A stretch of 64,000 nucleotides of DNA from an uncultured Acidimicrobiales bacterium (GTDB taxonomy: Bacteria > Actinomycetota > Acidimicrobiia > Acidimicrobiales > SHLQ01): the NCBI GenBank assembly GCA_964517125.1, contig CAZFBD010000009.1, positions 8,891-72,890 of the forward strand, given 5' to 3'. Under the pieces are notes generated by a model. That model worked only from the letters and a program-made list of their open reading frames with translations, did not search any database and had not been told where the DNA came from. The position numbers and the translations under genes were made by a program. This document shows, piece by piece, positions 11,978 to 22,793 of this stretch. Position 1 is the stretch's first letter. Each line of letters begins with the position of its first letter.

Positions 11978-14809
11978 GTGGCGACACCGAACATCGCGGG
12001 CTACAGCATCGAACGTCTCCTCGGGCGCGGCGGATTCGCTTCCGTGCACCTCGCTGCCGATGGCACCGGACAGCAAGTCGCCCTCAAAGTGCTGCTCTCC
12101 CACGTCGACGACACAGGTGATCTGAAGCGGTTCGAACGCGAGCGCCTCTCGATGTCGGCGCTCGGCGGGCACCCGCACATCGTCGGGATTCTCGACAGCG
12201 GCGAGACGACCGAGGGCCGGCACTGGATGGCTCTCGAGTACGTCCGCGGCGGCTCCGTTCGAGACCAGCTTGCCGAGTCCGGAGCCTTTCACTGGGCCAC
12301 GGTGACCACGATTGGTGTGCAGCTGTGCTCGGCGCTCGCTGCGGCGCACCGATCAGGTGTACTGCACCGCGACATCAAACCCGCCAACATTCTCTACGAC
12401 GGCGACAATGCCAAGCTGACCGACTTCGGCATCGCCCGACTCATGGGACAGAGTCAGCTCACGGCGGCTGAGTCGATCATCGGCACCTTGGCCTACACCC
12501 CTCCCGAAATCCTGCACAACGAGGGATTCGATGGCCGGGGCGACATCTACCAACTCGGCATCTCGCTCTACGAAATGCTCCTTGGTCGCGCTCCGTTCAA
12601 GTCGGGCACGAGCGACAACAAGGCCATGGTGATCCGCCGAATTCTGGAGAACCCCGCGCCGCCACTGGCGCAGTTCGACATTCCCGGGCCACTGTCCGAC
12701 CTGCTCGACGAAGTTCTGGCCAAGGACCCCGCCGATCGCCCCCAGACCGCCGACGACTTCGGTCGACGGCTCAACGAAGTGGAAACGCTGCTCGGCCGCC
12801 CACAAACCGCATTCGCAGACCCGGTTCCTGTGCCGGTCGCCGACCCCCGTCCCGTCGTCGATGAGATGCCCGCCGAGCCCGAGACCCCACCCATTCTTCC
12901 GGTACCCGATCCGCCAACTCCGACTCCGCCGACAGCCGAGCCGCCAACGCCGGAGCCCATGTCAGCTGCTCCCATTGCCGCTGACCCCGACGTGACGCTC
13001 GCCGATTTCCGCCCGGCCGACCACACCCAGGTCATGCCGCAGCCCGAGACGATCGTCGCCCGCCCGGTTCGCCCACAACTGCCCGAGCCAGCGCCAACGA
13101 GGGCGGTTGAGCGGCATCGAGGTCGCAATGCGGCGGTTGCCCTCCTCGGAACGGTAGCTCTCGCGGTGGCCGGATTCCTCCTGTGGCAGACGCTGCAGAC
13201 CGATCCTCAGGACTCGACTGAGCCGCCAGCGAACACCGACGAAGGCACCCTCGAGATCGTGCCCACGCTTGCCCAGATCGACCAGGGCGCGTTCGCTGCA
13301 CCCCCGGGTTCCATCGGCGTGGTATTCGGCGCCGTTGCAAACCAGTTCGGACTGACCGCAGTTGGCGGCACCGGTGACGGTGGATCTGCCACACAACAGA
13401 CCAGCGTCATGTGGACGATGGACGGCGAAGGCACGTGGACGCACTGGCCTCAGTTCGCGACCGCAGAAGACGCCGACCCCACCGGACAACGCTTGCGGGG
13501 AATCGGCATTCTCGATGGTGTCGCCTTCCTTGCCGTTGGCGAGTCCGACAACGACGGTGTCGCCTGGATTGGTGACCGAGTCGTCCGAATGCGGCCAACC
13601 ACCGACAGCACCTTCACCGGCGCCGGATCACAACGCCTGCTCGGCGCTGCCGGTGACGTTGGGCGAAACGAGTTCCTCGTCGTCGGCGAGCGACGGGACG
13701 ATTCAGGCAGCGTGCCGGGCTTGTGGGTCGTCGCAGCCGGCGAATCGTGGGCCGACCCCGTATGGGCTGCAGTACCGCTGTCCGGGCAGAACCCCGGCCG
13801 GCTGACCGACGTTGCCGTTGCGGGCGATTTCGCAACCGCCGTTGGCTGGGAAGACGTCGACGGCACCCGCCAGAGCGTCGTGCTGCTGCGGTCTGAGGGT
13901 TCCTGGTCGCGGTTGCTCGCCCCGATCGACGACGTCGAGCTCCAGGCCGTCGACCTGGTCGGCGACCGGCTGGTCGCAGTCGGCACCCGCACCACTGCGG
14001 GCGCCATGATTCCGGTTGCCCTGGTAGCCGACGTGAACGGCAACGGTTTCCTCCACGATCTTCCGGCTGGCACCGGCGACGCCCGGGCCCACGATGTCGT
14101 GGCGACTCGCGCCGGTGTCTTCGCCGTGGGTATGACTGCCGAGGTTGCTGGTACGGCAGCGCTCGACCAGGGCCTGGTCGATGGCGCGATCTGGCAGTTG
14201 ATTCCCGGCGACGAGCCCGAGGACGACTCGTGGACCACTCGGGACTCCGACCAGCTTCGGGCCGAAGGCCTGCAGGAGTTCTGGGCGGTTGTGGAGTACG
14301 ACGGCGCAGTCTTTGCCCTCGGGCGTGCCACGCACGACGACGGCCGCGAAATCGCAGCCGGGTGGACCGTCACCGTCGACCTCGGCGACACCCAGGCCGA
14401 CATCGACGACGAGGTCGCACAGGCACAACGCGAAGCCGCACCCGATGCGCCCGTGTCCGAAGTCGAAGGCGGCGACTCCCCATTGGGTGTCGCCTTGGGC
14501 GGGTGTGCGGCTCAGGCGATTGCCGATGCCCGCGATGCATCGGGCCAGGACGAGCTCAGCATGCAACCGGTCCTGATCGACGCCACCCAGGACTTTGCGC
14601 TGTGGATCTGCGCGGACTCCGATGCCCAACTCTGGTATCACGGAGCCCAACGCGACGGAGAACAGTCCATCACGCTTCCGGCCACGGAGGTCACCGGCGG
14701 GTACGAGGCGCGAAACGGCGAGACCACGTACCGGGTTGTCGACGGCCGGCTGACGGTGCAGGCCCCCAACGGCGAGATCACGCTGGATCAGCCGCTGCTC
14801 GACAACTGA
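11978..14809 (+). CDS. receptor-type Ser/Thr protein kinase with large extracytoplasmic repeat domain
   Basis: 943 aa starting at GTG, with GAGGGAG 7 nt upstream. Hanks motifs are GRGGFASV, ALK, HRDIKPANIL, DFGIARL and APE-like TPPE. These are followed by a Pro-rich linker, a TM segment (AAVALLGTVALAVAGFLLW) and ~535 aa of repeated beta-strand units (VGWEDVDGTRQSVVLL, LVAVGTRTTAG, VFAVGMTAE, VFALGRATHDDG). Confidence 0.9.
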   Translation: MATPNIAGYSIERLLGRGGFASVHLAADGTGQQVALKVLLSHVDDTGDLKRFERERLSMSALGGHPHIVGILDSGETTEGRHWMALEYVRGGSVRDQLAESGAFHWATVTTIGVQLCSALAAAHRSGVLHRDIKPANILYDGDNAKLTDFGIARLMGQSQLTAAESIIGTLAYTPPEILHNEGFDGRGDIYQLGISLYEMLLGRAPFKSGTSDNKAMVIRRILENPAPPLAQFDIPGPLSDLLDEVLAKDPADRPQTADDFGRRLNEVETLLGRPQTAFADPVPVPVADPRPVVDEMPAEPETPPILPVPDPPTPTPPTAEPPTPEPMSAAPIAADPDVTLADFRPADHTQVMPQPETIVARPVRPQLPEPAPTRAVERHRGRNAAVALLGTVALAVAGFLLWQTLQTDPQDSTEPPANTDEGTLEIVPTLAQIDQGAFAAPPGSIGVVFGAVANQFGLTAVGGTGDGGSATQQTSVMWTMDGEGTWTHWPQFATAEDADPTGQRLRGIGILDGVAFLAVGESDNDGVAWIGDRVVRMRPTTDSTFTGAGSQRLLGAAGDVGRNEFLVVGERRDDSGSVPGLWVVAAGESWADPVWAAVPLSGQNPGRLTDVAVAGDFATAVGWEDVDGTRQSVVLLRSEGSWSRLLAPIDDVELQAVDLVGDRLVAVGTRTTAGAMIPVALVADVNGNGFLHDLPAGTGDARAHDVVATRAGVFAVGMTAEVAGTAALDQGLVDGAIWQLIPGDEPEDDSWTTRDSDQLRAEGLQEFWAVVEYDGAVFALGRATHDDGREIAAGWTVTVDLGDTQADIDDEVAQAQREAAPDAPVSEVEGGDSPLGVALGGCAAQAIADARDASGQDELSMQPVLIDATQDFALWICADSDAQLWYHGAQRDGEQSITLPATEVTGGYEARNGETTYRVVDGRLTVQAPNGEITLDQPLLDN

Positions 14810-14810
14810 C

Positions 14811-16709
14811 TCAGGCGGCCACCTGCATGGGTGGCTCGCCCGACAGACCGTCGATGAAGTCTGCCGACGAACACGGTCGATCGAAGAGATAGCCCTGCCC
14901 AGTGGCGACTCCCAGTCGGCGCACCGCGTCGAGCTGTTGGTCCGTCTCGATGCCCTCGGCCACCACGTTCAATCCGTTCCGGTTCCCGAAATCGGCGATC
15001 GCCATGAGGAGATCATCGGCGTCGGGGGTGCCGACCCTGCCGATCAGCGACCGGTCCAGCTTCATCTCCGAAAAGGGAAAGGTCAGGAGCTGCGTCATCG
15101 ACGAATAGCCCGTGCCGAAATCGTCGATCGACAGTCCGACTCCCATTGATCGAAGTTCGGCTGCGACCTGCGGGGCGACCTCACCGGTCGACAGCGAATC
15201 GGATTCGGTCACCTCGAGGGTCAGGCGACTCGGTGCAATCGACGCCTGTGCAAGCTCGTGATTCAGGCGTTGCGGCAGATCGCCGTCCTGCAGGTGCGTC
15301 GCCGACACGTTCACGGACACACTCAAATCGGTGCGACCGATCTCGGAAAGGTCATGCAGTACTTCGATTCCCCGCGCGATCATCGCCCGATCGAACTGGT
15401 GCGAGAACCCGCGTTCCTCAATCTGCGGAATGAACACGTCGGGGTAGACCATGCCATCGGCACGGTCCCAGCGAGCGAGCACTTCGACACCGCGCACGTC
15501 ACCGGAGTCAAGGTCGACCAACGGTTGCAGGTACGGCACGAACTGTCCCGATGCGATCGCATGCTCCAGGTCGGCCGAGCGGATGTTCGCCCGTCGCAGT
15601 TCTTCCCGGAAGTCCGCGTCGCTCACAACGATCGAGTTCTTGCCTCGCTTCTTGGCTTCGCGTAGCGCTGCGCTTGCGTGGGCAACGAGGTCGTCGATGC
15701 CGCCCTCTGACGGGCGAAGCGAAACCATGCCGGCCGACGCACGAATGAACGGACGCCTCCTGGCGAACAGCCCGGACTCGGGAGCGAGTCGCATGACCTC
15801 GAGCTGATCGGCAATCGCTTCGAGGTCACCGCCCACTCCGGCAGCGATGAACTCGTCGCCGCCGAACCGGCCAACGCTCCACTGCTCTGGGAAGACGGCT
15901 TGGAGCGATGTTGCGACCCGAGCCAACAGCCGGTCGCCGGCGTCGTACCCAAGCTGGTCGTTGACCGTCTTGAAATCGTCGAGGTCAACGAAGACGCAGT
16001 GAATCGTCTCGTCACCGGCGGAGGCGGTCGTACGAAGATCGGCCAACACGCCGGATCGGTTCAGCAGCCCGGTCAACGAGTCCGACCGGGCCGAATGTGA
16101 TGCCCGTTCGGCGGTGATGACGGCATCGACCCGCCGGGAAATCAGGTCGTCCACCAGTCCGGAGATCCCAGCGGCGCCCCACCCGAGATGGATGAGAACG
16201 CCGAAGATCAGAACGACCTGCGCCCAGTGGTCCTGGAAACCCAGCACGAAAAGGTAGGGAACCGAATACGCAGCGTTCGTCAGCAGCACGTTCCGCTGGT
16301 ACGTCTGTGGCAGGTACACGGCGTCGCTGGCGATACCGAACACCAGCACCGAGGTGAGGATCCACGCGGTGTTCACGTCGGCCGCATCGTCCAAGACCAG
16401 GAGCGGAAGCGCAGCCCAGGCCACCGAGGATCCCGAAACCCACCACAACTCGAACACACGGCCGAAACGGCTCTCCACCTGTCGGGTCGAATAGCCGGCA
16501 ACCACCTGTGAGAGCAGGACAAACGCCCACGCGGCCACGAACAGGTCGCCCCAGAACATGACCAGCACAAAGACGGCGACGCCCAGGATTCCCGTTGCAT
16601 CGAGCGTGCTCACGCGGGCGCGTTGCTCTTCGAAGAGGCGGTCCGCTTCGTGCGCTCGGCGTTGGTCCCGGTTCATTGTTCTAGAATTCGGCCCTGGCGA
16701 AGAAAACAT
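14811..16709 (-). CDS. membrane-bound GGDEF-EAL protein (c-di-GMP synthase/phosphodiesterase)
   Basis: 632 aa. It has N-terminal TM helices, the GGDEF motif (RFGGDEFIAAG) and EAL-domain motifs (EVLARW, EVTESD, DDFGTGYSS). The start could instead be ATG 16676 (MNRDQRR). Confidence 0.85.
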   Translation of the reverse strand: MFSSPGPNSRTMNRDQRRAHEADRLFEEQRARVSTLDATGILGVAVFVLVMFWGDLFVAAWAFVLLSQVVAGYSTRQVESRFGRVFELWWVSGSSVAWAALPLLVLDDAADVNTAWILTSVLVFGIASDAVYLPQTYQRNVLLTNAAYSVPYLFVLGFQDHWAQVVLIFGVLIHLGWGAAGISGLVDDLISRRVDAVITAERASHSARSDSLTGLLNRSGVLADLRTTASAGDETIHCVFVDLDDFKTVNDQLGYDAGDRLLARVATSLQAVFPEQWSVGRFGGDEFIAAGVGGDLEAIADQLEVMRLAPESGLFARRRPFIRASAGMVSLRPSEGGIDDLVAHASAALREAKKRGKNSIVVSDADFREELRRANIRSADLEHAIASGQFVPYLQPLVDLDSGDVRGVEVLARWDRADGMVYPDVFIPQIEERGFSHQFDRAMIARGIEVLHDLSEIGRTDLSVSVNVSATHLQDGDLPQRLNHELAQASIAPSRLTLEVTESDSLSTGEVAPQVAAELRSMGVGLSIDDFGTGYSSMTQLLTFPFSEMKLDRSLIGRVGTPDADDLLMAIADFGNRNGLNVVAEGIETDQQLDAVRRLGVATGQGYLFDRPCSSADFIDGLSGEPPMQVAA

Positions 16710-16772
16710 GAGCCATTCGGCCCATGCCGCGGTTCATGGTTCAACTCGAGCGGAAAGTGACGATAGAAGATC

Positions 16773-17402
<630 letters not shown>

Positions 17403-17403
17403 T

Positions 17404-17994
17404 TCACACGCTTCGCCCGAGAAGCGAAACGAGACGAACACCCGGAGATGCATCTTCGGGTGGCTCCACCTGTCCTGCCGTGGAGAAGAACTCTGAACCC
17501 CGGATCTGGTCAAACATGGGGAAGAGAAACTCGAGCGCCGCCTCGGCGAGCTCGTCGGGAAGCTCCAGCGGGATGTTGCACGCCGTGGCGAGGTCCCAGG
17601 CGTGGGTCAACACATCGACCAGACGGAACCGGGCCACGACACTGCCCGGTCGGTCGCCAACCGGGTGCGCCACCACCTGCTCCATCGCGCCGGGCCGACG
17701 GAACGCTTCGATCGCTGCAAGCGCAGTACCACGCCAGGTGGCCATGGGGTTGGGACCCAGAATGGATGGGTTGATCGCCTGACTCACATCGAGGGGCTTA
17801 CCATCGAAGAGCAGCGGGATGGATGCGTCACCGAGCACGACATGGCTGATGAGTGCCTGGACATCCCAGTCGGCGCACGGTGTTTCGAGCTCGAGGTGCT
17901 CGTCGTCCACCTGGTTCAGCACGTTGCCGAACACCGCCATTGCAGCGACTGCATCCTCTGCGGGATCGGTGCCGAGGGGCGGACGGTCGGTCAT
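17404..17994 (-). CDS. DinB/MDMPI-like (TIGR03086-type, mycothiol maleylpyruvate isomerase N-terminal domain) protein
   Basis: 196 aa. The pattern TPCADWDVQALISHVV plus a C-terminal helical part is typical of actinobacterial DinB-fold metal-binding proteins. Family assignment is from memory only. Confidence 0.5.
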   Translation of the reverse strand: MTDRPPLGTDPAEDAVAAMAVFGNVLNQVDDEHLELETPCADWDVQALISHVVLGDASIPLLFDGKPLDVSQAINPSILGPNPMATWRGTALAAIEAFRRPGAMEQVVAHPVGDRPGSVVARFRLVDVLTHAWDLATACNIPLELPDELAEAALEFLFPMFDQIRGSEFFSTAGQVEPPEDASPGVRLVSLLGRSV

Positions 17995-17995
17995 G

Positions 17996-19558
17996 TCACT
18001 CCCACTCGATCGTGCCAGGCGGCTTCGAGGTGATGTCGTAGGCGACCCGGTTCACTCCCGAGACCTCGTTGATGATGCGGTTCGACATGCGGTCGAGCAG
18101 TTCGTAGGGCAACCGGGCCCAGTCTGCAGTCATGGCGTCCTCGGAGGTGACCGCTCGGATGATGACCGCATCGGCGTAGGTGCGTTCGTCGCCCATGACG
18201 CCCACCGAGTTCACTCCGGGCAGCACGGCGAACGCCTGCCAGATCTCGCGGTCGAGGCCGGCGAGACGAATTTCCTCGCGGACGATGAAGTCGGCTTCCT
18301 GCAGGATGGCGACCTTCTCGCGAGTGACCTCGCCAATGATCCGCACGCCAAGGCCCGGGCCGGGAAACGGCTGACGCCAGACGATCTCGTCGGGCAGGCC
18401 GAGTTCGGTGCCGACCGCCCGAACCTCGTCCTTGAACAACGCTCGCAACGGTTCGACGAGCTCGAACTCGATGTCGTCGGGGAGCCCGCCCACGTTGTGG
18501 TGGCTCTTGATCTTTGCTGCGTCGGACGTTCCGGACTCGATCACGTCGGGGTACAGGGTTCCCTGCACCAGGTACTGCGCACCGACGACCTCGGACTTCG
18601 CTGCTTCGAACACCCGGATGAACTGTTCTCCGATCGTCTTGCGCTTCGCCTCGGGGTCGATGACACCCTGCAGATGTTCGAAGAACCGGTCGGCAGCACT
18701 CACATGCTTCAGTTCGATCTTCTGGTGTCGCTCGAACGTCTCGACGATCTGATCGGACTCGCCCTTGCGCATGAGACCGGTGTCGACGTAGACGCACGTG
18801 AGGCGATCTCCGACCGCCTTGTGGACCAACGCCGCCGCCACTGCCGAATCGACGCCGCCGGAAAGAGCGCAGATGACACGTCCGTTGGAGCCGACCTGCT
18901 GTTGGATCAGCTCGACCTGCGTGTCGATGACGCTCGCCATGGTCCAGGCCTGCGATGCCCCGCACGCCTGACCGAGGAACTGCTCGATGACGTGCTGGCC
19001 GTGTGGGCTGTGGACGACCTCGGGGTGATACTGCACGCCGTACAGACCACGATCGGGGTTCTCGAACGCTGCGACCGGAGCGTCGGGGGTCGACGCCGTG
19101 ACTGCGAATTCCTGCGGCATGTCGGTGATGGCGTCGAAGTGACTCATCCACACGGTCTGCGATTCGGGTGTGCCGCTGAGCAGGCTTCCGGCCTCTTCGC
19201 TCACGGTCAGTTCGGTACGCCCGTATTCGCCACGCTCGTTGCGTCCGACCGTGCCCGCATTCTGGTGGGCGATGAGCTGCGCTCCGTAGCAGATGCCCAG
19301 CACGGGGATTCCCAGGTCGTAAACCTCGGGATCGATGGCCGGCGCACCTTCGACGTGCACCGACTTGGGCCCACCGGAGAAGATGATGCCCGCGGGTGCC
19401 TTTGCCTGAATCTCGGCCACGGTGATGGTGTGCGGCACGATCTCGGAATACACACGAGCTTCTCGGACACGACGCGCAATCAGCTGTGCGTACTGCGCAC
19501 CGAAATCGACGACGAGGACGGACTCCTCGGTGGGGTCTTGGGCTTCAGCCTGGCTCAT
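17996..19558 (-). CDS. guaA: GMP synthase (glutamine-hydrolysing)
   Basis: 520 aa. It has a GATase domain ([27 protein letters not shown]), the ATP-PPase P-loop SGGVDSAV and the C-terminal PPGTIEWE. Confidence 0.95.
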   Translation of the reverse strand: MSQAEAQDPTEESVLVVDFGAQYAQLIARRVREARVYSEIVPHTITVAEIQAKAPAGIIFSGGPKSVHVEGAPAIDPEVYDLGIPVLGICYGAQLIAHQNAGTVGRNERGEYGRTELTVSEEAGSLLSGTPESQTVWMSHFDAITDMPQEFAVTASTPDAPVAAFENPDRGLYGVQYHPEVVHSPHGQHVIEQFLGQACGASQAWTMASVIDTQVELIQQQVGSNGRVICALSGGVDSAVAAALVHKAVGDRLTCVYVDTGLMRKGESDQIVETFERHQKIELKHVSAADRFFEHLQGVIDPEAKRKTIGEQFIRVFEAAKSEVVGAQYLVQGTLYPDVIESGTSDAAKIKSHHNVGGLPDDIEFELVEPLRALFKDEVRAVGTELGLPDEIVWRQPFPGPGLGVRIIGEVTREKVAILQEADFIVREEIRLAGLDREIWQAFAVLPGVNSVGVMGDERTYADAVIIRAVTSEDAMTADWARLPYELLDRMSNRIINEVSGVNRVAYDITSKPPGTIEWE

Positions 19559-20667
19559 GGTTGCTGCACCAGGATCTCAGCCTTCTGGAAGTCCTTGAGA
19601 TCGGTGTAGCCACACATGGCCATGGACTGTCGGAGGCCACCGGCGATGTTGAGCGCGCCATCGTCGGCGTGGCTGGGACCGTTGATGATCTCCTCGAGCG
19701 TGCCCCGTGCGGGCGTTTCGATGCGGCCGCCCTGCGGGACGGTTGGATGCACACTCTGCACGCCCCAGTGCCAGCCACGTCCGGGCGCTTCGCTGGCTGC
19801 GGCAAGCGGAGCGCCGAGCATGACGGCGTCAGCGCCGCACACGACGGCTTTGGCAACATCGCCGCCGGTCGCCATGGAGCCGTCGGCGATGATGTGTGTG
19901 TACACGCCGGTCTCGTCAAGGTGACGCATGCGAGCTGCCCGTGCGTCGGCGAGGGCCGTCGCCTGCGGTCCGCCAATACCAAGGACACGACGGACGGTGC
20001 TGGCACGCCCGCTGCCGACACCAACGAGGATGCCGGCGGCACCCGTTCGCATGAGGTGCAGGGCAGCCGAGTAGCTTGCGCAGTCGCCGACGATCACCGG
20101 CACCTCGAGGCGACGAATGAACGTCTTGAGGTTCAGCGGTTCGCTCTCGTTGCGGCTGACATGCTCGGCCGAAATGACCGGCTGCTGAATGACGAGCAGC
20201 CCGAGTTCGGCCTTCAGGATGGTGTCGATGTGGTCGGCGGTTCGCTGTGGGCTGATGGCCGCACAACTCACGACATCGGCGTCGTTGATCTGGCGAATCC
20301 GCTCCACGATGAGGTCGGTGTCAACGGGAGCCGCGTACAGCTCCTGCATGCGGGCCATCGCCGTTGGCTCATCGAGCTCGGCGATTTCGGCGAGCACGGT
20401 GTCGGCATCCTCGTATCGGGTCCAGAGACCTTCGAGGTTCAGCACACCAACACCACCGAGGCGTCCGATCTCGATGGCGGTCGCTGGCGAGACCACCGAA
20501 TCCATCGCCGATGCCATGAACGGCAGGTCGAACCGGTAGGCGTCGATCTCCCACGTCAGGTCGATGTCCTCGGGATCTCGGGTACGTCGGGACGGGACGA
20601 TGGTGATGTCGTCGAATCCGTAGGCTCGGCGCCCGGATTTGCCCATACCGATATCGATCTCAGCCAC
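19555..20667 (-). CDS. GuaB3-type IMP dehydrogenase-related protein (no CBS insert)
   Basis: 370 aa. [61 protein letters not shown] closely parallels mycobacterial GuaB3 (Rv3410c). It overlaps guaA by 4 nt. Confidence 0.85.
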   Translation of the reverse strand: MAEIDIGMGKSGRRAYGFDDITIVPSRRTRDPEDIDLTWEIDAYRFDLPFMASAMDSVVSPATAIEIGRLGGVGVLNLEGLWTRYEDADTVLAEIAELDEPTAMARMQELYAAPVDTDLIVERIRQINDADVVSCAAISPQRTADHIDTILKAELGLLVIQQPVISAEHVSRNESEPLNLKTFIRRLEVPVIVGDCASYSAALHLMRTGAAGILVGVGSGRASTVRRVLGIGGPQATALADARAARMRHLDETGVYTHIIADGSMATGGDVAKAVVCGADAVMLGAPLAAASEAPGRGWHWGVQSVHPTVPQGGRIETPARGTLEEIINGPSHADDGALNIAGGLRQSMAMCGYTDLKDFQKAEILVQQP

Positions 20668-20906
20668 TGCGAAACCTCTCGCTGGAAAGAGAAAACACTA
20701 TCCGGAACTGGGGCTGGCCCTACCATTGGATCGGGAGATGGCTGGATTCCCGGAATCGGCGCACTCCCGCACCATTGGTGCATGGTCGACGTCGCATCCA
20801 TCCAGAGCCTTCTGGCCGCATTCCCGACTGCAGCTGCAGTGGTTGTCCCTGTTCTGACAACATGGGTTGGTGCGTTGGTCATCGAGCGCACGACGGAAGG
20901 CCGTCC

Positions 20907-22112
20907 GTGAAACAGATCTACAGCTCATCGCTGCTGAACAAGACCCTGTATGGCCTGCTCGGGCTCCCGATCGGGCTGGGGTGGTTCGTCATCTTCGCAA
21001 CGGCACTGAGCCTCGCTGGCAGTCTGCTGGTGGTTCTCGTCGGCTTCGTGTTGTTGTCCATCACCCTTCGCATCGCGGGCGGCGCTGCACAGCTGGAGCG
21101 GCGGCTGCTCACCGAACTGTTGAACGTCGACATTCCACGCTCCAGCCGACTGGCCGAGCCCGGGCGCCAATCCATCGGCGCGAAGATCGTGAATCCGCTG
21201 CGCGATGGCACGTACTGGCGAGAGCTCTTCTTCGTGCTGGCCAGGTTCCCGATCGGCATCGGCAGCTTTGTGGCTGCGCTCGGAGCGTGGACCTACCCCG
21301 TGTGGGCGTTGAGCACGTTCTTCTGGGGCTGGTGGGTGTTCGAGCAGTGGACGATCCTCATCATCGGCACCGGGCTGATCTCCCTGGTCCTCGGACCGCT
21401 CCTCGTGCATGCGTTCGCCGAGCTGCACATCTACCTCGCATCGCTGTTGCTCGGGCCATCACAAGCACAGCTGACCAGCCGGGCTCGCGAAGTCGAAGCC
21501 AGCCGAGACCGATCCGTGGAGGCCGCCGAAGCCGAGCGTCGCCGAATCGAACGGGACCTGCACGACGGTGCGCAGGCGCGCCTCGCAACCGTTGCCCTGG
21601 ACCTGGGGCGGGCCAAGCGAAAGCTGGAGCAGGGCGGCGACAGCGACGAGGTCGGCCGAATCATCGACGGCGCGCACGAAGACGCAAAGGCCGCGATCGT
21701 CGAACTGCGAGACCTGGCCCGAGGCATCCACCCGGCGGTTCTGACCGACCGTGGACTCGATGCCGCCCTGTCCGAGGTTGCCGCCCGATGCAGCGTGCCG
21801 ATCCACCTCGACGTGCGAATGGAGCGACGACCGACCGTGCCGGTCGAGAGCGCCGCATACTTCGCCGTGTGTGAACTGATCGCCAACATCAGTCGCCACT
21901 CCCGGGCCCGCAATGCGTGGGTCACGGTCCGCGGAACCGATGAGCGGGTCAACATCGAGGTCAGCGACGACGGGGTCGGTGGAGTGACTCCCGGACTCGG
22001 CACGGGAATCGCCGGCCTGTACGACCGCCTGACCGCCGTGGATGGCACGATGGCACTCCGAAGCCCGCTCGGCGGTGGCACCACCGCCCAAATCGAACTG
22101 CCGGTGGCCTGA
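20907..22112 (+). CDS. sensor histidine kinase, HisKA_3/HATPase_c with polytopic N-terminal sensor domain
   Basis: From ORF 20775..22112. I placed the start at GTG 20907 (VKQIYSS), with GGAAGG 6 nt upstream. It has several TM helices, the H-box ERRRIERDLHDGAQARL and ATPase motifs (ELIANISRHS, DDGVGG). Confidence 0.8.
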   Translation: MKQIYSSSLLNKTLYGLLGLPIGLGWFVIFATALSLAGSLLVVLVGFVLLSITLRIAGGAAQLERRLLTELLNVDIPRSSRLAEPGRQSIGAKIVNPLRDGTYWRELFFVLARFPIGIGSFVAALGAWTYPVWALSTFFWGWWVFEQWTILIIGTGLISLVLGPLLVHAFAELHIYLASLLLGPSQAQLTSRAREVEASRDRSVEAAEAERRRIERDLHDGAQARLATVALDLGRAKRKLEQGGDSDEVGRIIDGAHEDAKAAIVELRDLARGIHPAVLTDRGLDAALSEVAARCSVPIHLDVRMERRPTVPVESAAYFAVCELIANISRHSRARNAWVTVRGTDERVNIEVSDDGVGGVTPGLGTGIAGLYDRLTAVDGTMALRSPLGGGTTAQIELPVA

Positions 22113-22754
22113 ATGCGCGTTCTCGTCGTTGAAGACTCTGTCCTGTTGCGAGCCGGACTCGGCCGACTCCTCGAGGACGAACAGATGGAGCTCGTTGCCG
22201 CAGCCGACGACGCGGCCTCCTTCCTGCAGGAGTGGGAACGTACCCGGCCCGACATCAGCATCGTCGACGTGCGTATGCCGCCCACCCACACCGACGAGGG
22301 GATCCGGGCATCGATCGAACTTCGGTCCCGTCATCCCGAGGCCAGGATCCTCGTGCTCTCGCAGTACGTCGAAGAGCAGTACGCGTCCGAACTTCTCGCC
22401 GACGGCAATGGCGGCATCGGATACCTGCTCAAGGAACGCATCGCCGACGTCGGCGAATTCATCGACGCGGTCAATCGGGTGGCCGGAGGCGGCACCGCAC
22501 TGGACCCCGAAGTGGTCAGCCAACTCTTCGCCCGCCGCCGCAATCCCATCGACTCACTGACGCCCCGGGAGTCCGAAGTGCTGTCGCTCATGGCCCAGGG
22601 GTACACGAACTCGGCAGTGGCCGAGCAGCTCACGGTGTCCTCGGGTGCCGTCGAGAAACACACCTCGTCCATCTTCTCCAAGCTGAATCTGGAACCGAGC
22701 GCCACAGATCATCGGCGGGTGCTCGCCGTTCTGGCCTGGCTCGACCGCGCCTGA
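22113..22754 (+). CDS. LuxR/NarL-family response regulator
   Basis: 213 aa. It has a receiver domain (MRVLVVEDSVLLRAGL, DISIVDVRMPP) and a C-terminal GerE HTH (LTPRESEVLSLMAQGYTNSAVAEQLTVSSGAVEKHTSSIFSKL). The ATG directly follows the kinase stop. Confidence 0.9.
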   Translation: MRVLVVEDSVLLRAGLGRLLEDEQMELVAAADDAASFLQEWERTRPDISIVDVRMPPTHTDEGIRASIELRSRHPEARILVLSQYVEEQYASELLADGNGGIGYLLKERIADVGEFIDAVNRVAGGGTALDPEVVSQLFARRRNPIDSLTPRESEVLSLMAQGYTNSAVAEQLTVSSGAVEKHTSSIFSKLNLEPSATDHRRVLAVLAWLDRA

Positions 22755-22793
22755 CCCCCTCACCCCAGCCGGCTTTGCGCCGATTGGAGGTCC

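Noticed and set aside
17819-20910. Plus-strand ORFs of 596 aa (17819..19609) and 474 aa (19486..20910).
   Set aside because: They are antisense to guaA and guaB3, have Arg/Gly/Asp/Val-rich composition and show no recognisable domains. They are the same high-GC artefact.
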